NCBI GenBank assembly: GCA_951406725.2
Contig: OX597829.1
Location: 39,556,001 to 39,620,000, forward strand
Direction: 5' to 3'
DNA from: Octopus vulgaris
Taxonomy: Eukaryota
Length of the DNA stretch: 64,000 bases
Part shown: positions 1 to 12,238 of the stretch, piece by piece
Numbering within the stretch: the first letter of the stretch is position 1
Layout of the letters: the number at the start of each line of letters is the position of its first letter
Translations under genes and position numbers: made by a program
The notes under the pieces: model-generated
Told to the model about the DNA's origin: nothing
Database searches by the model: none
What the model saw: the letters and a program-made list of their open reading frames with translations, nothing else

Positions 1-143
1 AGCAATGTTAAAAATCATGCAAGCAGATTAAAAATTGATGTTAAACAGAATGAAGACAAACTGGTAAACCACCTCCTTATCTTTTATTTTAGTATGTAAT
101 ATGTGTTTCACTATTTCTAAATGTTGATATATCTTATTTACAG

Positions 144-253
144 AATGGCTGCCAGCCATCAATACCTAAGTACTATTGGTGTGAAGAACAATGTACACAA
201 ACAGAAGCTGTCTTTGAAAGCAATGGATGTTGTGCTGTTTGGACCACCAAAGA
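144..253 (+). CDS. STIM: STIM homolog, internal exon: C-terminal SAM domain (R)MAASHQYLSTIGVKNNVHKQKLSLKAMDVVLFGPPK
   Basis: ttacAG acceptor (142-143), A|GTAAGT donor (254). The peptide matches the STIM1 SAM end HRQKLQLKALDTVLFGPP. Phase 2 in, phase 1 out. Confidence 0.95.
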
Positions 254-946
254 GTAAGTATTGGTTTTATTGTGGGGGTGCATTTTGGCCCTTTTTTTTT
301 TCACTTCTTTTTTTTACCTCTTCTTTCTTTTGATTGCTATGTAATAAGTGTAACTTACGATTGGATGAGAAAGTTGTAAAAGTTTTATGTCTGAATTCCG
401 GTCTTTGGAAATTTGATGAGTGAGGACTAAAGGAAAACAGTAAGAATACCGAAGTAAGAGAACCGGCTCTTAAGGTGTCTGAGCAAGAGAAGGGATGTTG
501 GTATTGTTTGTGATTGATGGTCATGAGTTTTGGAAAGATGTAAATAGGTGTGTGTGTGTGAGAGTATATGTTTAACTGTGAACCTGGATCATAAACTCAT
601 TCTGTTCTGAGCTTAGCTATTTGACCAAGAATTATGGAATTATGTAGAAAAGGGAAATAATTAGTGATTTAAGAAGAAGTAATGCATAATATTTCAATTA
701 TCTTTATCATTCATTTTATACTTTTTGAAAAAAAAAAATATATATGTAAAATATATATATATTTTATATATTATATTAATTAATAATTATATTATTTGTT
801 ATTTATGTATTGGTTTATGTCTATCACTGTTTGAATTGCATAATAGTGGTTTTATCTCTAATTCATATTTTATATATTTATACTGTGAAATTTGATTTAA
901 TACTAAATTGAATTTTTTCCGGAAGTTTGGAGTTATACTCCCTAAT

Positions 947-978
<32 letters not shown>

Positions 979-1989
979 TATATATTCATTTATTTGTTTT
1001 TATTTCCATTTTTCAATGTTTGAATTATTTAGACAAATATATTGCCAAGGCCTTGTTTTACAACTGGATGCTGTTATTGTCACTGATTTTCAAGTGAGAA
1101 ATTTCTTATTTCACAAGTCTTTGGAGTCACGAAGCCAACAGATGTTCCGTTGACAGGAAAAGTGTCAATATCACTACTTGTGACTTGCGATTTTATTTTG
1201 AGAGAAGGGCAAAATATAAACAAATACAAGTATGTACACACACACACACATGTATATGTATACTATGTTATGTGTGTGTGTGTGTGTGCATGAGCATGTG
1301 TTAAGTATATGTGGGAAGGTGCCATCTACATTTTTTACTGCCGATATTCCTTGGACCCATTATATCTTGTGAAAGCAGCCAAACCATTCCAACATGGAAC
1401 ATGGACGTTAGATGATGATGGCAGTGGTTTCCAAATACTCTCATTTGTTTGAGATTTGACCTTGTTCAATACAATGTCTTTTCTTTATTTTATACTATTT
1501 TGCCAGAAGGGATATTGTTTTCTTCTTAAAAACTTCATCAGTAATGAAAAAAGAAGGACTTAATGGTGAAATTAATAGGATTTTGTTTACCAAATACATA
1601 TCATAAGTGAATCCAAAAACACAGTCTTCAGTGATTTCACAATGCTAATTATCATAATACATGATGATAATGTTATACCTGACCACAGTTGAATGAAGAC
1701 CATAGATGGTAGTTTACAGATATTTATTGTCAGGTATCCAATGATGATCTTCAGTGGTGTGACTATTGCTACTGCTGCTAATAATGATGATGATGATGAT
1801 GACGATGATGGTGATGATGATCTTTCTAATATAGGCACAAGGGCTAAAGTTATCGGGGAAGGGACTAGTTGATTACATTAATCCCAGTGTTTCACTGGTG
1901 CTTAATTTATTGACCCCAAAAGGACGAAAGGCTAGGTTGACCTTGGTGGAATTTAGCAACGAGGCATGTAGCAACGAGGAATGTAGAAA

Positions 1990-2221
1990 GGCGGTGAGCT
2001 GGCAGAAACGTTAGCCCGCCGGGTGAAATGCGTAGCCTTATTTCGTCTGCTGTTATGTTCTGAGTTCAAATTCCGCCGAGGCCAACTTTGTCCTTCATCC
2101 TTTCGGGGTCGATAAATTAAGTACCAGTTATGCACTGGGGTTGATGTAATTGACTTAATCCCTTTCTCTGTCCTTGTTTGTCCCCCTCTATGTTTAGCCC
2201 CTTGTGGGCAGTAAAGAAATA
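1990..2221 (+). mobile_element. tRNA-derived SINE family A, full copy (further copies at ~4185-4415 -, 7343-7577 +, 12781-13000 -, 17252-17475 +, 24938-25168 -, 31602-32030 with nested - copy, 35950-36109 +, 46329-46497 +, 57687-57838 -)
   Basis: Recurring ~230 bp unit with A-box-like GAGCTGGCAGAA, B-box GAGTTCAAATTCC, central GCCTTTCATCCTTTCGGGGTCGATAAA block and tail GCCCCTTGTGGGTAGTAAAGAAATA. Confidence 0.9.
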
Positions 2222-3459
2222 AGAATGTAGCAGCAGGCGGAATACCGCTAAGCATTTCATCCAGCTTGCTAACGACTTTGCCAGCTCATCACCTTAATTA
2301 ATAATGATGATAATAATCATAATAATAATGCTTTCTAATTTAATCACAAAACAGTAATTTTGATGGGAGGGGATTAGTTGATTATATCCTTCCCTGTACC
2401 TGAATAGAGGAGAGGCATATTTGGATTTAGTCAGATTTGAACTCAGAACATAAAGAGCCAGAATAAATTCTACAATGCATTTTTTTCCTGACATTCAAAT
2501 AATTCTGCCTATCCACAACTCTAATAGAATTGGTGGTAGTTAAATATCTTGGAGAGGCCTTAATGTTATTGCCAGGAATATGACATAAATGAAACCAAAG
2601 GCACATTCTTTGGCGATATGTAATACAAATGTTGGAACTAACTGCATTTAAATGAAAATCCTGGAAGGGAATTAACAGTCATTATTGTTCGGAATATAGT
2701 ACAAATGAATCCAGAGACACAGTTTTCAATTACAGTACTACCTCAATTAATGATGTTGGATCTAACTACAGTTCAATAAATGCTATGGGTTGGGTTAAAA
2801 AAATTATTCAGCAGATATTAAAAAACCTAGTCTTCATATATGTGACTTTATTGATATTAATAAAGAATTTTGTCAGATCTTTTCTTGTGGAAATGGATTA
2901 TTGGATTAGTGAGAGAAAGAAATGGTATCATAGAAGAGATCTTCAAGCATTGACGCTAACCAACTACAATCTTTGTATTGCTTCACTGTAAAAGTCAAAT
3001 CAAATAAAACATAAATATGTGACTGTCTCATCTTGATTATATCAGCCAACAAATTTCAGTTTCAGATAATGACTTTCCTCTTTTGTTACCATACTTCTGC
3101 AGAAATACACTGCTTTTGCTTCGATTATATTTTTTAACACAAGGAAGAATTTAGAGAAATAACATTAAGACGGTGCTTGGCAACATAAATTGAAATTTTG
3201 ATGAAAGGATAATATTTTAGGAAGTTTGAACTTAAAGGTGGTGTTCTTAATAATAATCATTTATGAAAGTCATTTATTAAAAACGTACTTTGAGTCTCAC
3301 AGAGGCTATGATGAAAGACCGAGACCTCTGGAGATATGCTGTGACTTTGAAGACCCGACAAATGAAGTGAGTCCATGGCTCACAGGACAGCCTGCTGTGC
3401 TAACCTTGGATCATAGAGTGACCTGCTGTCCTTGAGGACATCAACATCAAAATAAAAAT

Positions 3460-3811
3460 TCAAATGAAAATTGTAGTTAAGACACCCGTACCAGTGACAT
3501 GTAAAAAGCACCATCCGAATGTGGCAGATGCCAGCATTGCCTGACTGGTGTCCGTGTCAGTGACACGTAAAAGCACCAACCGATCATGGCCGTTTGCCAG
3601 CCTCTCCTGTGCTGGTGGCACATAAAAAACACCCACTACACTCACGGAGTGGTAGGCGTTAGGAAGGGCATCTAGCTGTAGAAACACTACCAAATCAGAC
3701 TGGAGCCTGGTGCAGCCTCCATGGCTTACCAGACCCCGGTTGAACCGTGCAACCCATGCTAGCATGGAAAATGGATGTTAAATGATGAGTATGATGATGA
3801 TGATGATGATG
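3460..3811 (+). mobile_element. SINE-like retroposon family C with (GAT)n tail (further copies at ~9040-9370 +, 11095-11300 -, 12570-13067 +, 13500-13891 +, 29120-29410 +, 33890-34236 +, 35290-35470 +, 51830-52107 +, 52370-52590 +, 62086-62380 -)
   Basis: Repeated GGTTGGCGTTAGGAAGGGCATCCAGCTGTAGAAAC...CCAACCCATGCTAGCATGGAAAGCGGACGTTAAA(TGA)n, with variable numbers of upstream TGGCACGTAAAAAGCACC subunits. Confidence 0.85.
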
Positions 3812-4983
3812 TCTAATGATCCAGTCACTGATACTACTTTTATGACACATCTACAGATACTGTATCCCACCTTTATCTCTTTAGTGTTCAGATTATTCTG
3901 TCAAATGTAATACTTATTTATTCACATTATTTTGAATTACTTATGCATTCTCCTCAGGCTCTGAGATTTTGATGACCTGATTGTTTGTTTTTATAATGAC
4001 ATTGTCCGGAAGGTGTGAGAGGCCAGATCTGGCTAGTTTGAACATAAAACTGAATATTTGGGCCTGATATGACCGGTTTGAATACTACAGTATTATCACA
4101 CACTTAAGCACTATACTCATATCACACAGCTGCAGTACTGAATTTACATTACACACCTACTGCACTGCAGTTTTATCATGCATATATTTCTTTACTACCC
4201 ACAAGGGGCTAAACATAGAGGGGACAAACAAGGACAGACAAACGGATTAAGTCGATTATATCGACCCCAGTGTGTAACTGGTACTTATTTATCGACCCTG
4301 AAAGGATGAAAGGCAAAGTCGACCTCGACGGAATTTGAACTCGGAACGTAATGACAGACAAAATACGGCTACGAATTTTGCCTGGCGTGCTAACGTTTCT
4401 GCCAGCTCGCCGCCTTTTATCATGCATCTGTCTACTTCTCTTACATTATACTACTGCACGTATATCTCACATCTACTGTGCAACACTTTACATCAAATAT
4501 TCTCCTTATTTACCAACCTCTTTCTGAGTTTCACAAAGTTAATTCATGTAATAAATCATTCACTTGCCTTTGATTTAAACTTAACTTCTCTTGTTTGCTA
4601 AACAATTGACTCGACTCAGTTTTGTTTCCCTGGTTCTTTCTGCAGTTTAATAATCAATACATACTCACAAAAGTGTCAGTACAAGTGTTATGAATAAATA
4701 AGTAAACAGACTGTGACTAAGTATTTAGCCTTTTTTGAGAGACCCTCACAGACCTAATTTCTTAATGAATCTAAAATACCTATTGATATGAGCCTGGATA
4801 TTTATTTATTTTATAATCAATTGAGTTAATTACTCCACAACTTTTGTTGTTCTCGTTGAGCACACCAATGGTCAAATGCTTTCCAGTTATGATCATTCCA
4901 TGTTTTTGGATACATAGAACAACATTGTTGACTGTGTTTGTGACATTTTAAAAGATGATTGGTTGTAATTTGAAGGAGATTTA

Positions 4984-5392
4984 ACTCTCTTACTCTTTTA
5001 CTCTTTTACTTGTTTCAGTCATTTAACTGCGGCCATGCTGGAGCACCGCCTTTAGTCGAGCAAATCAACCCCGGGACTTATTCTTTGTAAGCCCAGTACT
5101 TATTCTATCGGTCTCTTTTGCCGAACCGCTAAGATACGGCGTCGTAAACACACCAGCATCGGTTGTCAAGCAATGCTAGGGGGACAAACACACACACACA
5201 CAAACACACACATATATACATATATACGACAGGCTTCTTTCAGTTTCCGTCTACCAAATCCACTCACAAGGCATTGGTCGACCCGGGGCTATAAGCAGAA
5301 GACACTTGCCCAAGATGCCACGCAGTGGGACTGAACCCGGAACCATGTGGTTGGTTAGCAAGCTACTTACCACACAGCCACTCCTGCGCCTA
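4984..5392 (-). mobile_element. tRNA-derived SINE family B, CORE-like, young full copy (further copies at ~7836-8241 +, 27993-28368 +, 35480-35850 +, 44213-44672 +, 52801-53190 -, 56480-56830 +)
   Basis: Head GGCGCAGGAGTGGCTGTGTGGTAAG...GGTTCAGTCCC, CORE-like GGCACCTTGGGCAAGTG, internal (TA)/(TG) microsatellite and GAAACAAGTAAAAGAGTAAAAG tail. Confidence 0.9.
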
Positions 5393-5938
5393 TAACTGAT
5401 TTTTTTTTTTTTTTAAAGTTTTCTCGACCAAGTTGAAGTTACTTTATATTATTCTATCAGACAGACAGAAGTGAGTGAAGCATAATTCTATGTCAGTGGG
5501 GGCAATCAGACTGGGTTGGAATCATGTGATCAAATGTGAGGAATCTGAATTTGAAGTGACATAACAATCACTATACTGAGATTGAAAGACCAGATATTCA
5601 CAAGACTAAATTTTGAAATAAACTGGAAGAAAATATGAAAAATAGTTTTAAAAACATTTAAAAAAAAGATTTTTTTAAAGGGAGTTTGAGAGACATATAG
5701 AGTATTTTGTTTCTTTTATTATGTTAGAATAGCTATTTTAGGTGAATAGAAGAAATATAGGTCTTAAAAAATATATTTATTTGCATTTTTGAAATGGAGG
5801 AACATGTAACACATTTACTAGCTGTTAGAGTTACTATTTTAGGGGAAAATTAGAAGAGAAACAGTCTTAAAAATATCTATTTAGAGTTTAAATTGGAGTT
5901 TATTTGAGAAATATAACATTTAGTATTATATTGTACTA

Positions 5939-6873
5939 CTGGCAGACATACCCGGCGTTGCTTGGGATTTAAATGGCATGGTTTGTATATATGATACAGT
6001 TAAGGTGAAACATGTGATACAGGGAAGTACAACATTAAAGGCAAAACATTTGAGGAGTAAATGAAGGGCTAATTCGACTGACATATTGTGCATCTCTTTG
6101 GAAGGTTCCAGGCCCTAACCTTGTTATGGAAAAGTGGGTCGTGGGTATGTCATTTTTGAATGCAGCAAAAAGCTCTCAGTGAATATACACACCTTTGTGG
6201 CTGTTGGTACTGCCGCTGCCATGCTGAGCAATCAGCAGACATAGGAATTACATCTGTGTGATAAATTAAGCCTGTGGGTGTGCTGAGCAGTACCACATGG
6301 GAGAAATCTACATGAAAGAAATGGCATGGTAAGTGGGGGGGGGGGGGATTGGTTGAATCTGTTAATGCAGCATTCCTGGCCAGGCAAATACCGTGCTGCT
6401 CATCACTTTCCATTGCACTCTTGCAGTAGCTGTACATGCAACATTTTGTGATTGTCTAATTGAAATCTCATGTGACGATTGATTTCTTCTCCTTCTTTTC
6501 AATTTCTGTGCTATTGCTGTTTTTCGACCAATTATTATGTCAAGAAATATGATGTAATAAACTAAGATGGCAATTGTACATTAATAATAAAACGCCAATA
6601 AAAAAAGGTAAATGATATCAATATCTCAGCAAATTTTAAGAAAAGTTACTTTGCAAAGAGTTACTTCCCTTCTCCACAGCAGTCATACGTACCCAGGAAA
6701 GGGGGGGTTTTCTGGCCCCAGAGGCTCCATTACTCATTATGTGAAAGATTCTAAGAGACTAAAATCATCTCTGGAAGTAATGTATGTTCCTAGTTTGAAG
6801 AAAATCAGTTGTGAACTTCAGACGTTTTGTAGGTTTACACAGACACACACTTACTGAGTTTTATATATATAGA
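5939..6873 (-). mobile_element. Non-autonomous Helitron-like element
   Basis: The minus strand starts A|TCTATATATATAAAAC and ends with hairpin CCCAAGCAACGCCGGG plus CCAG|T (degenerate CTAG). The 3' end is shared with the element at 17995. Confidence 0.7.
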
Positions 6874-8535
6874 TGCTACAATAATGAATGTAATCAAAAT
6901 ATAATGAGCGTATTAACTTACGTAACTAATTAACAAATGAGTAATAGTGTATTGCAGGGATATGATATCGAAGACATAACAACCGAAACAGTTTATTTAT
7001 TAAATTCTTTTGTTCTTTAAAGTCTCTCATTGTTCAATATTTTTTTTATATACTTTCAAAAGAAACGCAAACAAAGGAAATAATTAAAATGGCTGAATTT
7101 TAATGGAAGAATCATAAGCTTACACTTGCTTATCTCCCTTTACATTCACTCTTTTTGCTACATAGGCCTAATGTACAAACTGAACCTTTCATTGTGTGGC
7201 ACCTTGGGCAAATGTGTTCTACTTTAGTCCTGGGTTGACCAAAGCATTGTAAGTGGGTTTGGTAGACAGAAACTGTGTAGAAGCCCATTATGTGTGTATG
7301 TGTGTGCATGTGTGTGTGTATGTGTATGGTATTACTCCCTTAAGGCGACAAGCTGACAGAAACATTAGCACGCCGGAGGAAATGCTTAGCAGTATTTCGT
7401 CTGTCTTTACGTTCTGAGTTCAAATTCTGCCGAGGTCGACTTTGCCTTTCATCCTTTCAGGGTCGATTAAATAAGTACCGGTTACGCACCGGGGTCAATA
7501 TAATCGATTTAATCCGTTTGTCTGTCCTTGTTTGTCCCCTCTGTGTTTAGCCCCTTGTGGGTAGTAAAGAAATAGGTATTACTCCCTTGCCTGGACATCA
7601 TGTGATAGTTGCAAATGAGTGTAACTGTCATGCAAGAAATGTCCTTAGTTTCCAATCTTCTGTGGGAATATGTCTGGTTATGGGAAAGTATTGCCTTACA
7701 TGGAAACAGGTGAAGGTTGGTGACAAGTAGGACCTCCATCCATAGAACATCTGACTCAACAAGATTTCTGTCCAACTAAGTCAACATAGAAAAGTGGGCG
7801 TTAAACTGTAGATAATTTGTTGTGTTAAACTGTAGATAGGTGTGGCTGTGTGGTAAGTAGCTTGCTTACCAACTACATGGTTCCGGGTTCAGTCCCACTG
7901 CGTGGCACCTTGGGCAAGTGTCTTCTGCTATAGCCTCGGGCCGACCAAAGCCTTGTGAGTGGATTTGGTAGATGGAAACTGAAAGAAGCCCGTCGTATAT
8001 ATGTATATATATATATATATATGTGTATGTCTGTGTGTATATGTTTGTGTTTGTCCCCCCCAACACTGCTTGACAACTGATGCTGGTGTGTTTATGTCCC
8101 CGTAACTTGGTTGTTCAGCAAAAGAGACCGATAGATTAAGTACTAGGCTTACAAGGAATAAGTCCTGGAGTCGATTTGCTTGACTAAAGGCAGTCCTCCA
8201 GCATGGCCACAGTCAAATGACTGAAACAAGTAAAGGAGTAATATAAGTTTTTCAAATAAATTTCATTGTAAAATGGTATTTAAAATTATTTTTTGAAATT
8301 ATTTTCCCCTAAACTATTTCAAACTTTGGTGCTTTGAGCATTCAGTCTTTCAGTCTTTTGATTTTTAGGTCATTTGGAATTTGGCTTTCTTATGTTCTGC
8401 CTTCTTGGGTTTGACTTTATGATCAGCACCAATCCAGGGTAATCTTAACAGTCTTAGATTTAGTTATTAGCCAAGTTCCTTGACCACTCATCTATCACTA
8501 CCTTCTTATTGTGTATATATTTTTTCTGCTTTCAG

Positions 8536-8710
8536 AAGGTCACAGTTATATTAAAGACTTGACCTTGATTGCTTCTCTCATCATTGCCATTGGTGGATGC
8601 TGGTTTGCGTATCTTCAACACAAATATTCTCAGGCTCACGTGAAAAAAATGATGCGGGACTGGGAATCTCTTCAAATAGCAGAAGAATCCTTAAAAGAAT
8701 TGCAAGAACG
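8536..8710 (+). CDS. STIM: STIM exon: transmembrane helix and CC1 alpha1, (K)GHSYIKDLTLIASLIIAIGGCWFAYLQHKYSQAHVKKMMRDWESLQIAEESLKELQER
   Basis: tttcAG acceptor, CG|GTAAGG donor at 8711. GGCWFAY and KKMM.D..L..AE.SL..LQER are STIM hallmarks. Phase 1 in matches the previous exon; phase 2 out. Confidence 0.97.
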
Positions 8711-9930
8711 GTAAGGACATTCTCTCTACTTTTATATTTACACTCACCCCCGCCTCCCTCAAAAGTTAATGGGCACCATTCATTTTGGAAAGGTTCATTT
8801 CTAGACACAAAGTAATGTCATTTGATGCATTTGAATGCTTAATCTTGTATTTAGCAAACATGCCTTGTGAATAATACATAGATAAGTTGGAAACACCAAG
8901 TAGTGTTTACACAGATAGAATGGTATAATAAAGGATATCTGTGTGTGTATAAGAAAATATGAAGAGGACTACGGACCGAGGTACCTGGTGCCTGGCCTTA
9001 CTCAAGGAGACCCGTACCCTGCAGCAAAGGGCTTAAGACCAATCTTTCTGGTGGTGTAAAGCACTTGTGGTGACACCATGTAAAAAAGTGCCTGTGCAGT
9101 ACCATGCAAAATTACCCTTGTGGCAACACATAAAAGTGGCCATGCAGTGCCATGTAGGAACACCTGTGTGATGCCACATAAAAGCACCCACGTAGCACCA
9201 CAAAAGCACTTGTAAAGCACCCACGTATAAAAAGCTCCCCCAGTACACTCTGTAAAGTGGTTGGCATTAGGAAGGGCATCCAGACATAGAAACCATACCA
9301 AATCAGACTGGAGTCTGGTGCAGCGCCCCAACTTGCCGGCTCTGGTCAAACCATCCAACCCATGCCAGAATTCAGAATTTATGTACCTGTATACCTGTCT
9401 AGTCTTGGTAAAGAACTGCTTACACTTCTCTTGTCATTGTGAGGTTTTTACCAGTGCTCCCATGGACACTTCGTTTACTTATCAAGTTGGAATCAACCTG
9501 GAGCTATGATTTTTTCTGGTTTTGTACATGTCTACACTGAATCAATATGAATCTTTGCCATGCAGATTCTCTTCATATATGTGTATGTATGTGGGTGGGG
9601 TGTCCTCTCTTCTGCATAAATATGTTATAAATGACTTAATGCCTTACAACTGCCTATTCATATTTTATTCTCATCAGCTCAACCTGTATACTGTCTATAG
9701 CCAACCCTTATTTCTTGGGACCTTATATCCCTGCACTTAACATCGGAGTTTAGGTCCTCGGTTTAGTCAGAGCATTTATTGTATGTATTTCGTTTTTGGA
9801 ATTGGTTTGCAAGATTCTTGTGTGTTGAAGCATATTCTGTTGTGTCCTGGGGAAAGTCATTTTGTTTTTGTGCCTTATAATTTAACACACTACTGGAAAA
9901 AATTTCCACTTATTTCTTATTTTTACTTTC

Positions 9931-9967
9931 CTAAAATTTTCGTTGCGTCTTGCAACCTTTTCAATAG
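9931..9967 (-). ncRNA. Minimal hammerhead-like motif with U3-A8 core variant, in a repeat at ~9830-9975 that recurs at ~37150-37290
   Basis: Minus strand CTA-TTGAAAA-G-GTTGC-aagac-GCAAC-GAAA-AT-TT-TAG. Confidence 0.5.
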
Positions 9968-10141
9968 TCTTGACTCTTATTGTATGTTGCTATTGAACTA
10001 TTTATTTGTTCTTTCACATTCTCTTACCTATTGATTACCCACCCACACACACACACACACACACACGTGACTGTGTGTGTAATATTGGCTGAGTCAGTCT
10101 CTGTTGGTGCATAGGATCTTCAGGCAAGTTGTGATACACAA

Positions 10142-10189
10142 CTTGCCTGAAGATCTTATGTACCTACAAATGAAACTCAGAGTAGCAAG
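10142..10189 (+). ncRNA. Type I hammerhead motif (degenerate stem II) preceded by an inverted partial copy
   Basis: CTTGC-CTGAAGA-(18 nt)-GAAA-CT-cag-AG-TA-GCAAG: perfect 5-bp stem I and GUA cleavage triplet. Confidence 0.55.
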
Positions 10190-10637
10190 AGGGTGATTCA
10201 ATTAAAATAAAGTTTCGTATTGAGTACTCTTTTTCCAGCAGTTAATATTAAATGTATACATATATTTACTTGTGTGTGTGTGTGTTATTTTTCTTGTTTG
10301 AAACATAAAACCATATTTTTATGTTGGAAGTGTGTGTACTTTTTAAAATTTTAAAAAATATATTTATCTTGTATTAGGTAAAGAAATAACAAGCCCAAAC
10401 CCATCAATTGTCGGATAGTCAAATGTCTATGTTAATTATGATGAAGGCCATAAATTGATGATTGATTATACACTGAAACCTTTGCATATGAATTTGTAAT
10501 CCAGTTTACATTATATATGACAAATATATACACTCAAACAAACAATACATGATTGCAGAATGTAAAATTTATTTACATGATTAATTTCTTAAAATTGCAA
10601 AGTTGCTCGATTCTGAAAGTCAAGTAAACAGCATATA

Positions 10638-10679
10638 TGATGGTGATGGTGGTGGTGGTGGTGGTGGTGGTGGTGGTGG

Positions 10680-10742
<63 letters not shown>

Positions 10743-10770
10743 TGGTGGTGGTTATGATGATGATGATGAT
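10638..10770. repeat. (GGT)n/(GAT)n compound microsatellite
   Basis: Directly visible. Confidence 0.95.
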
Positions 10771-12065
10771 TGTGTGTATATTTGTGTATGATGTATGTAT
10801 ATTTTCTCCTTTCACCCCTTCCTCTCCCTTTTCCTCTATTTTTTCTGTGACATTAGCTTTCTATTTATTTCCTTCTCGGCTCATTTATAAAATGTTTTGC
10901 TATCTCGTCCGCTTTAGACGTTTGATCTCTGTAACATGATGCAATAAAGTGTTCCCCTGCTTATCCGTTGTGGTTAAGCATCCGATTGTACTTGGAACAT
11001 CCAGCACTGTGTTTCCAAACAACCATAACGGTGAAACATATATAGAGGAAACAAATTATATAAATTTTTGTTTATCATAATTTCTCACAGATATATCATC
11101 ATCAACATCATTTAATGTCCATTTTCCATGCTGGCATAGGTTGGAGGATTTGACAGGAGTTGGCAGGGCCAGGAACTGCACCAGGTTCCAATTTTCTGTT
11201 TTGGCATCGTTCCTATGGCTGGATGCCCTTCCAAATGCCAATCACTTAACAGAGTGGACCGGATGCTTTTAACATGGCATCAGCACTGGCAGTGTAGCCA
11301 AGAAACTCACAAGACAAGGAATTATGAGAGGGATGAGGGCATTTGAGGAGGTGATCCAGGATCAGATGATGAAAGGTTAGAGTGTAACAGAGAGACAGAG
11401 AGGCAGAAACAGGTGTTTTGCTATAGAGGCGGTACATGGTTACTCAGTAAGAAGGAAGAAATATTGAGATAGAGAGACAGAGAGAGAGAGAATAAGAAGA
11501 AGAAGGAGGTATGGGTTGGGCAGTTTGATGGGAACTGGCCAGCTAAAGAACTGCCCAGGCTCCATTTTGTCTGTTTTGGTATGGTTCCTATGGCAGGATG
11601 CCCTTCCTAAAGCCAACCACTTTACAGAGTGTCCTGAGTGCTCTTTATGTGGCAGCAACACAGAGCTATAAAGTTTACACAAAACTATTTCATTATTTAA
11701 TAATTCAAAGGTGGCACTCTGGCAGAAATGTTAAAGTGTCAGAAAAGATACAATATGGTATTTATTCCAGCTTTTTATGTTCTCAATTCAAATCTCACCA
11801 GAGCGGATATTGCCGTTTATCCTTTTGGGGCCATTGCCATAAAGTACTAGTTAAATACTGGAAGTGATGATTTTTTAGTAACTCCATTCCGTGAAAATCA
11901 CAGGTTTTGTGCCTAAGTTAGAAACCATTGTTTAAGAATTTAAATTTTTGTATTATCCTACAAATTCTAGAAAATTTTCTGGTGGATGGTAGATTTTTAT
12001 GTGATTTTATATTAGTTATTGCACCTGTGCTACCATACCTGAGTTACTACTCCTTTTGTTATGAC

Positions 12066-12238
12066 ATCTGTGTTAATGCACCTGTGTTAATGCACCTGTA
12101 TTAATGCACCTGTGTAAATACACCTGTGTCAATGCACCTGTTTTAATACACTTTGTTATTACTCTGATGCTGATACACCTGTGTTAATGCACTTGTGTTA
12201 ATTACACCTGTGTTGATACACCTTTACTAATACACTTG
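12066..12238. repeat. 14-bp minisatellite (TGTGTTAATGCACC)n, degenerate
   Basis: About 12 imperfect units visible. Confidence 0.85.
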
